Shown: one piece after another, positions 1 to 10,206 of the stretch
Layout: each line of letters opens with the position of its first letter
Position numbering within the stretch: position 1 is the stretch's first letter
Source: Selaginella moellendorffii
Lineage: Eukaryota > Plantae > Lycopodiophyta
Length of the DNA: 64,000 bases
Direction: 5' to 3'
Assembly: GCF_000143415.4 (NCBI RefSeq)
Contig: NW_003314262.1
Span: 3,212,603-3,276,602, forward strand
Notes under the pieces: generated by a model
What the model was told of the DNA's origin: nothing
Databases searched by the model: none
What the model saw: only the letters and a program-made list of their open reading frames with translations
Made by a program: the position numbers and the translations under genes

Positions 1-1564
1 TCAGTAACTCCACAGCGTGTCCATTTCCGCCGACGAAGAAGACGGAGCAACCGCTCGGTAGAGATTCGGTGGGACTTCGTCGGTGCCAGCGGAATCCGTG
101 AGAGAGAACGAAGCTCCGGAGGGGAAGTTTTGCTGAAGAGTGGTGGTGCACAGAGCAAGGTAGTGAGGGTGACTCTCGTTCAACCATCCGGCGGTGTTTA
201 CGTCCATGGGCTGGTATACGGGTTGATGCATCGGCGGTGCGGACTTGGGCTCCACCTTGCACGCCCGTATGCCAGCTTTGGCCACCGAGTATGGACCGCT
301 CAGCGACCGTGAAAACTGGTCGAGAGCCTTGAGCGAGTTGATGTCCGGGACGAGAGGTTGGCTGGGCTGGTTTTGGAGGTGGTGAAACGTTGAGAAGTCG
401 GGCCTTGGCTTGGAATAGTTACCGGTGGTGGTGAAGGTGTACGATTCGAGTGCTGGTAAGCTGCCAAGGTTGGCTTGAGCCGCGAAACAAGTTGGAAGCT
501 TTAATTCGCTAATGTCAGGCGGTGCTGCTGCTGCTGCTATAGAGGGGTGGTGCAGCATTGTGTCTGGATTAGTATCAGCAGCCGCGACTTGTACTCGGGG
601 CTGCCAGCCGTTCTGCCTTTGCTCCTTGAGGAAGGAAGTGTCAGAGAAGCTTGGGACCTGGTCGTTCTGGCTCGTCTCGCTACTATCAGCAACAGCTTCT
701 TCGGTGACTGTAACGTGAGGGGAGTCGTCTCGCAGCGGAGGCAGTGAAGTGTGAACTTGCTGAGCCGCTATCACATAGTGCGGGTCCCTAGCGAGGTTGC
801 TGGATTCCCTCAACGCCTTTTTGCTGCCGGGGAACTTCTGGAAAACGCGACATATCACCCATTCGGAATCCTGTGAGCAGTTGAAGAAAAGCAGCTTTGG
901 TCATTGGATTCCGACCGGAGAAAGAACAGGGAACACGAGGAGAAAGACTCGAGAGAATGCATCACTTTTTCCAACTGAGAGGTAGTTTGAGACTCACCTT
1001 AGGCAGCCTCGCGTTTCGATTAAACTGACTTGCTTCCCCTTCCAGGCGGTATTCGTGCATGATCCAGTTGCTCTTGAGCCCCTTTGGAGCTCTTCCCCTA
1101 TAGAAGACAAGAGTTTTCTTCATACCCACCAGACAGGAGGTCCGAGAGCTGTTTATGTTTCGGTCCTTCCCGGTTGCCTTCCAGTATCCAGCTTCAGTGG
1201 CCCTGTTGGTCCTCATTCCAGTCGGATACTTCCGGTCTCTTAGAGTGTAGAAGTACCATTCCTTCTCTCCCATGCTCGCTTTGGCTGCACAAAGAGAGAC
1301 CAAAGGTAGACAAAAAAACCATTTTTCAGTGGACATCTCTAACTGATTGCTTCACAGGTTGTCGGGCAACTTACTCGGCAGATCCCAAGGCTCGCACTTG
1401 TTGAGGTCAACTTCGGCAATTGCACTGATTCTAAAGCTACTGAAGAGAACTTTCCTGGTCAGGTAGTACACCAGCTCTTCGTCCGTGGGATGGAACCGGA
1501 AGCCTGGAGGTAAATATGGATCCTCAGGCCTTTGCTGCATCTGAGCCAAGGACAACAAGTCCAT
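1..1564 (-). CDS. NAC-domain transcription factor, CUC/NAM-like; exons 1564-1375, 1284-998, 870-1
   Basis: [92 protein letters not shown] and WVICRVF. Two GT-AG introns at the canonical NAC positions. C-terminal LPPLxD, VPSFS and LWSY motifs. Confidence 0.95.
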
Positions 1565-4415
1565 GGTGGAGTAACTCTTTTGCTTTTGCTTGCAGGGAAC
1601 GCAGGAGCGAGCAAGGAGAAGATTGGAGGAGAGGAGGATAATATAAATCCCGAGTAGCCAAAGACAATTGCGTTCTCGACTGCACAGGCGATGCGATGCG
1701 CCCCTAGGTACGGACAAGCGGCAAAGCTCTCACGCTTGGCTCCCGGTCCTACAGATGGCACGGCATTGAAGCGTTTAGAGCCGGAACAAGATGAGCGCTT
1801 GTGCATGCAAACAAAGAAAGGCCATCCCTTGGAGCGCCTCACGAAGCCGGCTTATCATCTTTTTGGAGCTTCTCTATCCCAGATTCGCGGACGGAACCAA
1901 CGAAGCTAGCAGCGCCTCGACCAGAACGCTTCAGTCGCTCGCCAGTAGCTAACAAAACGAACCGAAGATCGCTCGTCACAAAGACAAAAGATGGAGGACG
2001 AAGAACAACTCTCGCGAGAAAGAAGAACAAAACTCTCGCTCGCTCGGTCGATCGATCGATCGATTGAGGAGGAGAAACACCGCCGCCGCGCCTCAGGAGT
2101 TATTTCTTTTCTTCTTCGTCTTCCTCGCGACCGAGAAAAGTAGAAACCAAATCGGAAAAGCGAGCGAGCGAGCGAGTGTGAACAACTCACACTGATAACT
2201 ACATCTAGCAGCGTCGAGGCAACCGACGGTGGAGATTCGGCCATGTACTCGTGCTCACATGTCAACGGCCGCTTCCCGCCACTGCGGTAGCGCCACGCGT
2301 CCATATTGTCAGGTCCCGGCCTTCAGGGTCCGTGGGTCTGTCAGACGCATTATATCTTCCTTTGCATCAATCGGTGCGCGCTAAAAAACTTATAAAAAAA
2401 AAGCGCAAAAAATATTAAACAAATCCAGCGAACTCGCCAGAAAAATTTGCAAATTTTACAAGATAATATTTTTTGTGTGTACGGTCTAGAAGATCGTGCC
2501 TCGACGGACCGACCAAAATCACGTAAAAAAAAAGGGAACACTGGAACCCGGAGAGAGTTGAAGTTTGAATGTTTCCAAATATGTGGGGCAATTTTTCTCG
2601 CTCATTCTTCATGAGAAAGATCTCTTCCAACAACGGGTGGATCATCAATGTAGGTCCAATCGAATTGCACGATCTATAAACTCAGGTATATGTATACTTC
2701 TTGTATGCTGAAATTTCGTATCTGGCAATTAGCTCAACTGTGATGCTTTTCAAAGCGTCTCAACATCAGGCAGTGTCATGGAATTTATATAAAAAATCAG
2801 AAAAAATACGATTAAAAGTGTAGACCAGCCCGCCCGTTTCACAGCACATTTTTTTGTTGATTGAGTGGCATAGACGCCGGCCGGGTACGGTGGCCCTGGC
2901 CACGCCACTGGAGAAGCGCCATGGCCCACAGAAACGCTCCCGCCACAGCGTACGGACACCACGACGTCACCGGCCACGTCAGTGTTTCGTCACCGCCACG
3001 TCGGACGGCATTGGAAAACCAAACAAAACGCTCTGCTGTTTTTCTTGGAAATTTCATAGTTTTGCTTGGAGTGTTATCTAATCGTTTCCAGTTCCAGCGA
3101 GACATTTATATCGTCGGCAGCAGAATTTCATGGGCTCTTTGCTTTATTGCTGGAAAGAGGGCGAGAAAATAGAATTCAAAATATCGGACTAGAGAAAATA
3201 CACTACAAAATACTAAGTCAAGACAATACAAAGAGAGCCCATCGATCATTGAGTGAGGTCATTCCAATCATGTAGCGGATCCCTCAATCATTCAGGAAAT
3301 GGCAGCCTCCACATTCTAAATCCAAGCGTTCGCGAGAATATGCCGGGGTCAGCGTCCGTTTGAACCGAGCATCTTGCCGGCATATGCTTCTGTCTCCCTA
3401 ACGGTGACAGTCCGCACGGAGCTCTGTCATCTTGACTGACGGGCGGCCAGGCTTTAGCCTGCTAGGTAAGAAGAATCTTAAGCAGCAGATCTACGAGATT
3501 CGATTCCCTATGATACCATTGGCATCATTCTCTCTACCTCTACCAGTCAAAAGCTGTCTTAGATAGTACCGGGTACGCTGCCGGTTTAATGTCTTATGGG
3601 GTGGGGTGTACTGGAGGCAGGCCGCTACTGCACACCCCCAACTTGAAAACTTACAAACAAATCCCACTCTACATTTTTGTCCAGAATGTAGGATCTCAGT
3701 AGGGTTTTGTACATGAGCTGGATTTTGCCATGGTATGGCAAATATGTTCGTATTTTTATACTGAAAGTAACATTGGTCCAAAACAATTGGATTACCTTTT
3801 GGGAATCAAATAATAGTATTCTAAGCATTAAAATGGTGCTGGTACATGGACAGATATGGTAATGTCTGAGGTTGATGTTCTGATGAGCCAGACCAATTTC
3901 CCAAAGGGGAAAGGTACAAATGTGCTTCTTCTTCTTGAGCAATGGAGGAGGCAAAGAGTTTAACCTGTTTGCTGGTGGGGTACCAGAAGCAGCCACTTCA
4001 AAAAAAAAGGGCTCATGTCTGTTGCAACTTTAAAGGCTTCTGGAGACTCTGAGTGGATGGATAGATGGATGGATTGGTGCTTCTGCTGCTGCTGGAGGTG
4101 GAGAGATCAAAACTTTAAGGCTTTGAAACAGAGCAGGTTCTTGCCTTCTTTTTAAACCTCTGTTTCTCTGGACTTTAACAAGAAAGGAAAAAAAGAAAAA
4201 TGCAGCTCTGGCTTCGATGCAGTCAAAGTTCTTATAAAACTAGTCAAAAGCAGCTTTAAAAGAACTAATCAATATTTCCAAGGTGTTTAGCCTGATTACA
4301 AATCACATTTTTGGATGACTTTTGTCCCTATTCAATCATAAAATGCCTCAAAAGAACAATGATTCAAAAGGACACTGCTAGGGGTTAATTCAAAGGGCTG
4401 TTCACACTATCATAT

Positions 4416-5746
4416 TTACTTTTGTTTCTTCTTGAAAGCCTTGACAACACCCAGTGAAATCTTTCGAAACCATACCAGGTTCATCAACGCCAGCAGAGGC
4501 GGAGCGATAAACAAGAAATAAAATCCAGCATCATGCATTTGTCTCACCTGTCAAGATACATAAGCATGTACAAGTAAAACAACAATTACCAAAACGCTTA
4601 CCTGATCAAAATGAAGGTAAATATGAGTGAAGAAGTAGACAAAGAGCAGCACTCGAAAGATCTAGAACAACACAAAGAGAAAATCGCAAAAGGAGTCAAG
4701 ATCTTTGATGGTGGAGGATGATCATAGTAGTGTACCAGCCATGTCAGGAAAAGTAAGATCCCATTGAGGAGGTAGGCGTTTGATCCACTTTGGCCAGCAG
4801 TGCTCAAGTACCTTTTGCAACCATTGCGATAAAACACAAAGTTTGATTCGCGATGTGATGGGTGGACGGAGGATCGATCGATCGAGGTGATCGCTTACCA
4901 TCTCAAGTTGACGAACGGAGTAGTGAATTCCGAGAAGAGGACCAAGTAAAGATAGATGTGCGCGTACCCACTGTGAAGACCCAGAGCTAGCGAGGCGATA
5001 GAAAGGCCGTGATGGAGTATCTGTGTTTATATGGACACAAAACAAAGATAAAATATTGAAACGCCAGAAAGATTTGGAAGAAAAGAAGCTTACGTAAACC
5101 CATCCTCCAAGATCCGGATAGCACCAAATTATCATCGAGAGATCCGCGATGAAGTAGCCGATCGAGAACTGCATTGGAAGATCGAGGAGTTTCAAACGCT
5201 CGCGCAAAGTTATGGAAGCGTTTGATCCAACTACTTACACCAAGAACAGCCTGAGAGAAGATGGTGCTACGGAAGACCACGGGCCCGTACGGGGCAGCGT
5301 CGGAGAAGAAATCGCTGTACACAAGAAGGTAAGCGGCGATGGTGGACACAACAATCGCGTGCGCGGTTGAAAATCCTCTAAAAAAGTTGGTGACAAAATT
5401 GGTGAACCAAGAACTCGGGATCAAAACTTCAATGTAAGTGGCGATCACGAACAAACCTGTTGCTCCACTCGATTTGCTGCCGCCTCGCGAGGGATCGGTA
5501 CACCTTGATCTGCGAGAAGCTGGATTCCATGTTGTCGTACACCTATCCAAGTTCTTACATTTTTGAAGCTCTGCTCGTCACCACGATGAAAGGAACAAAC
5601 AGAGAAAACAAGAAGAAAAAGCTTACAGATTTGCAAAAGACGATCCCCACAGCTATGGACGCCAGCCAGAGCAGCGGCTCCGCCAACCGCCCACGCTCGC
5701 CAAAAACCTCCCACATCTGCCGATTGAAGAGCTCCGCCTTGTCCAT
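4416..5746 (-). CDS. TLC (TRAM/LAG1/CLN8) domain membrane protein, TMEM56-like, multi-exon
   Basis: Exon fragments RGFSTAHAIVV, GYFIADLSMIIWCYPDLGG, AYLLNGILLFLTWLV and LMNLVWFRKI, separated by short GT-AG introns. Stop TAA at 4416-4418. Confidence 0.85.
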
Positions 5747-6247
5747 CGCCGCCCAATTCTAGAAACTCGATCGATCGATAGATTGCAAGATCTCTTCCAC
5801 TCTCCTCTCGCTCTCTCTCTCTCTCAAGTAGTAGTAGCAAAGAGGGTTATGGAAACTGCTAATCGTGGATGAGGAGACGGGCGCGACTTGTCCACGATCT
5901 GCCAAGCTCCGGCGAGAGCCCAATTTTTTAATCGCGATCCAGGCGCTGCGGCAGCCGGGGATTCCACCGTCGCAGACGAACAAGTAGAAGTGGGAGACCG
6001 CCACATTTTCTTTCTTCTTTTATTCTCGCCCCACCTTACTCCACTGTAGTAGATTGGAAGAATGGGAGAAGTTTTTCAAAACTTGTGGGCAAAAACGCAG
6101 CAACGTCCTTTTCGCGCTTGGTGATAGCCCCAGAATATTCTTCAGAACCGGCACAGTCAACGGCACTATTGACACGTGTCAGTCCCTTACTATCGACAAG
6201 TGGCATAAGCCCTAACCTTCGTTGTTTAGATCGTGATTAAATGTAAA

Positions 6248-6320
6248 GCGCTTGTAGCTCAGTGGACAGAGCGTCTGTTTCCGGAGCAGAAAGTCGCAGG
6301 TTCGATCCCTGTCTGGCGCG
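6248..6320 (+). tRNA. tRNA-Arg, anticodon CCG
   Basis: 73-nt cloverleaf GCGCTTG..GCTC/GAGC..TCTGT-TTCCGGA-GCAGA..GCAGG-TTCGATC-CCTGT..CTGGCGCG, followed by a TTTT Pol III terminator. Confidence 0.93.
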
Positions 6321-6411
6321 AATTTTAACATCTTTAAAGGTTTATAAGCCCCAAATATCAGAGAATTCATTGAAAATCTTCTAAAGGTTGGTTTTTTAAA
6401 ATGTGAGTTCT

Positions 6412-8811
6412 CTATCGCACCTCGCTCAAGATCATCTCGGCTTGGAGCGCTCTCCCTGATCTCGCGAGACCCTCCACAATGGTGCTGTAGCTCACGCCAT
6501 CCGGATCACAGCCTTGGCTCCTCATCCTCTGGAAGAACTTGAGAGCATCATCGATGCGCCCCGCCTTGCACAGCCCACCGATGAGCGCGTTGTAAGTCGA
6601 GACGCTCGGCGGACAGTGATGTCCACCGCCGCCGCCGCTGCTCATCTCCTCCACCATCCTCTCGGCCTCGGCGAGCCGGCCGCAGCTACAAAGCCCGTGA
6701 ACCAGCGAGCAGTAAGTCACAGCGTTTGGCTTGCATCCCTCCATCGCCATCTCCCGGACAGCCTCCACGGCCTCCTCGATCTTCCCCGCCTTGCATAGCC
6801 CGTTCACCAGGCTGCTGTAAGTCACCACGTCGGGGCGGCACCCTGCTCTAGCCATGGCTTCCATCACGCTCCTGGCCTCCTGCGTTCTTCCCAGCTTGCA
6901 AAGCCCGTCCACCACCGTGCTGTATCCCACTACGTTGAGCCCACACCCGTCGCTGGAAGCCATCTGTTCCATCATCTCCAGCGCAGTGTCGATCTTCCCA
7001 GACTTGCACAGCCCGTCGAGGATGGTGTTGTAAGTCACTACGTTGGGGTCGTGGTGGCTGTCTCGCATCTGCTCTAGAACCTGATGAGCGTCCAGGACCT
7101 TGCCGGACTTGCAAAGGCCGTAAACGAAACTGCTGTACGCAACCACGTCCGGAGCACAGCCCGAGGCCTTCATGCGCTCGAGCAGCTGCTCGGCCTCTTG
7201 AAGCCTTCCGAACTTGGAGAAGCCATGGATGACGGACGTGTACGTGAAGAGATTCGCCGTCTTGCTCATCGTGTGCAGCAGCTCCTGAGCCTCGGAGAAC
7301 CTCCCGGCTTTGCATAGCCCGTCCATGAGCGTGTTGTAAGTCACAACATCGGCCTTAACACCGCTCGCGGCCATCTTTTGGAGTAGAGAATCAGCCATCT
7401 CCAGGTTCTTTTCCCTGCAGCAACCGCTGATCAGTGTGTTGAAAGTAATGAGAGTCGGACAGCAACCTGCGCGGATCATCTCCTCTAGTAGCTCCAGCGC
7501 CTCTCCAAGCCTCGCGGACTTGCACAGCGACGCCACAACCTTAGTGTACATCAAGGCATCCGGCCGGAGGCCTCTCGAGATCACCTCCTTGAGGAGTTCC
7601 CGGCTTTCTTCCACCTTCCCTGCCTTGCAGTACCCGGATAGAAGAGTGCTATACGTTACCATATCCGGAGTACTCCTCCCGCCCCTGGAGATCATATCTC
7701 GGACTAGCTCTTCGGCTTCGTGCCACCTTTCTAGCTTGCAAAGTCCCTCGAGCAAACCGTTGTAGCTCACAACGTTGGGCTGGATATCCCTGGCAGCCAT
7801 CGTTTCCAGAAGCCTCTCGCAGTCACCCGGCCTTCCCTGCTTAGAAAACCCGTTAACAAGCGCGTTGAAAGTCACAGAGTTTGGCGGGCAACCTGTTCGA
7901 TCCATCTCGTCGACAACGTCGCTGGCTTCGCTCGATCGTCCAGCTCGACAAAGAGCGTCCACAAGCACCGTGTACATGACCACCGTCGGCTGGACACCCT
8001 CGACTCTCATCACCCTCAGCCACTTTCGAGCGTCGGCAAACCTCTCCTGCCGCGAGTAGCACTTCACCAGCGAGGAGCTAAAGATCGAGAGAGCCGGAGC
8101 AGCGCAGCCGGACCGCCGGGCCAGCAGCCTCACAAACTCTTGCGCAGTGCCGGATCTTCCAGCCTCACAGAGCGCCTGGACGACGGCATTGGAGGTGTCA
8201 AAGTCGAGCGAGCAGCCCCGAGCGATCATCTCCATGGCAAGCTCGTAGCCATCGTCGGCCATGCCATGCTTGCACTTGGAGGAGACGAGCACTGTGTAGA
8301 TCGCGGCGATGAGCGGCGAGTCCCACAGTCGAAAGTATCCCACCGCGGCGCTTACGTCCCCGGCCTTGCACAGCGCGGAGATTATCGGGAGATGGGAGTA
8401 CTCGTCGGGCTGGAACGAGGAATCCACCATTCTTGCCACGATTTCCAGCGCCGCGACGAGATCCCCGGCCTTGCAGTAGCAAGAGATGACCATGTTGTGG
8501 GAGAATGCATCGCTGGGGCACGACTCGAGAATCTGGCGCGCCTCTCGAGCCCTACCCGATCGCGTGAGGAGATAGATGAGGCAGCCGGAGGAGAATCTGG
8601 TGTGGAAGAACCTGGGGATCGTATCGGCGGCCCAACGGAAGAATGCGAGCGCCACATCGGGATCGCGTAGCCGCCGCACGACGCTCCCGACGACGTTCGA
8701 TGGCGTCGTCTCGTAGCAGGCATAGGGGACGAGATCAGACTCCAGCTGCGGCCAGGGGCGCCCGCTCTGGAGCAGGCTCGCAATCTCTTGCACCGTCCTC
8801 TTCCATCGCAT
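6412..8811 (-). CDS. P-class pentatricopeptide repeat protein (799 aa, intronless)
   Basis: Many 35-aa repeats of the form PDVVTYNTLxxGLCKxGR. Confidence 0.95.
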   Translation of the reverse strand: MRWKRTVQEIASLLQSGRPWPQLESDLVPYACYETTPSNVVGSVVRRLRDPDVALAFFRWAADTIPRFFHTRFSSGCLIYLLTRSGRAREARQILESCPSDAFSHNMVISCYCKAGDLVAALEIVARMVDSSFQPDEYSHLPIISALCKAGDVSAAVGYFRLWDSPLIAAIYTVLVSSKCKHGMADDGYELAMEMIARGCSLDFDTSNAVVQALCEAGRSGTAQEFVRLLARRSGCAAPALSIFSSSLVKCYSRQERFADARKWLRVMRVEGVQPTVVMYTVLVDALCRAGRSSEASDVVDEMDRTGCPPNSVTFNALVNGFSKQGRPGDCERLLETMAARDIQPNVVSYNGLLEGLCKLERWHEAEELVRDMISRGGRSTPDMVTYSTLLSGYCKAGKVEESRELLKEVISRGLRPDALMYTKVVASLCKSARLGEALELLEEMIRAGCCPTLITFNTLISGCCREKNLEMADSLLQKMAASGVKADVVTYNTLMDGLCKAGRFSEAQELLHTMSKTANLFTYTSVIHGFSKFGRLQEAEQLLERMKASGCAPDVVAYSSFVYGLCKSGKVLDAHQVLEQMRDSHHDPNVVTYNTILDGLCKSGKIDTALEMMEQMASSDGCGLNVVGYSTVVDGLCKLGRTQEARSVMEAMARAGCRPDVVTYSSLVNGLCKAGKIEEAVEAVREMAMEGCKPNAVTYCSLVHGLCSCGRLAEAERMVEEMSSGGGGGHHCPPSVSTYNALIGGLCKAGRIDDALKFFQRMRSQGCDPDGVSYSTIVEGLARSGRALQAEMILSEVR

Positions 8812-8989
8812 CGAAGAGCCCGAAGAACCCTAGATTCCCTTTCATCTGTGGAAGATTCTGCTATCTTTTTGCCCTTATAGTTTAGCGGAATATACCCAGA
8901 AAGCGGCCGAAGGTATATTCGTTTGATGGCTTTTCATCTTAAAGACGGTTGCTTGGCAAAAACCCTAGAACGCAAATGAGGGGGAAGAA

Positions 8990-10206
8990 ATGGGCTGTGG
9001 AGCATCGAAAGAAAGCCCGCAGTCCGCAGCCATAGATCCATCCCCGATCGGTGACAGGAAGAAGGGCGCGATTGCGACAGTGGACGGCGAGTGCTCGGAT
9101 CTCCGCGGTAATGGCGGCGACGATTTCGACTGCGACCCCGGGGACGATTCGTCCGCCGCGGCTAGGGCTTCCAAGGCGGTGAGCTTGATCGTCAGGACGT
9201 GCTCCCCGGAGCGGCAATCTAGCCCGCCGCGGCAGGAAGAGGAGGAGGAAGCGCGGGGCCAGAGCGACGAGGAGGAGGAGGAGGATGAGGGGAATCAGGG
9301 AATACTGAAAGCCGAGAGGGAGAAAGAGGATCATCACGGCGATCTGGAGGAGGATGGGAGTTCCGAGACGATTGTGTCGCCGTCGAAGTCCCCGGATCTG
9401 GCAGCGCTGGACGTGACAGAGAAGGAATGCTGCGGCCAGGGTGTGGATGATATTCTGCCAAAGGCCGCGGCGGCGGCGCTGGAAGCGATCGTCAAGAGCG
9501 CCGAGGATGACGTCCAGGCCATGAAAGTCGTCGCGGCCGTGGCTGCGGTGGGGGACATTCTCTTCGGTGGCAAGGAGGAGACCGAGACGAAGATCGAGAA
9601 GTGCCAAACGATCGTCAAAACTCTTGCCGAGGTTGATCCATCGATGCTGTGATTCTTTTCTTTCGTATGGTTTGGTTCTTCGTTCTAAATATCTTTAGCT
9701 TTCTTTTTCTCCAGGTGGATGCCAATACGATCAATGGATTTTTGAAGCCGGATCAACAAAACTTTCGTTTTCCAGGTGCTGAGAACTCAGCCCTGCCATG
9801 AACAAGTAAGCACGTAATGCATAAACTCTACTAGTCTCTCTGTGGCTCGCTTCTCACATTCTACTTCTTTTCTACGTCTTGCCCAGGACTTCCAGCTAAC
9901 AATCAACCCGACGAGATCGTCGATGAGCACAGCGAGAACGAGAACGAGAACATCGACAGCAATTCCCCAAAGAGCAGCTTCCTCTTCGACTACTGCCAGA
10001 AGCTAAACAACTACAGGATTTCGCCGCCGTCTACAGCGTCGGCCTCGTCCTCCGAGGCCGACACACTGTCCATGGTCCAGGATTTCCTGGAGGAAATCGA
10101 CCTCACCAAGGATTACGTGGAGCTCCCGCCCACGCCTAAAGTTTCCTCAAAGTCCAAGAACAGCAGCAAGATAAAGCAACTCACTTTCTCAGATGCTGTG
10201 ATATGA
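8990..10206 (+). CDS. Unknown acidic, low-complexity protein with an N-terminal myristoylation/palmitoylation signal (MGCGASK); about 3 exons
   Basis: 220-aa GC-rich first ORF, then intron-like T-rich tracts with AG acceptors near 9714 and 9886, and a GC-rich last exon ending near 10206. The 3' exon structure is approximate. Confidence 0.6.

Noticed and set aside
642-662. Functional canonical miR164 cleavage site
   Set aside because: Six mismatches, including positions 10-11. Kept only as an evolutionary observation.
3300-3420. Telomerase RNA or snRNA (TCCACAT USE-like, CCCTAAC template-like)
   Set aside because: No correctly spaced USE-TATA pair and no full template; the motifs are too short to be meaningful.
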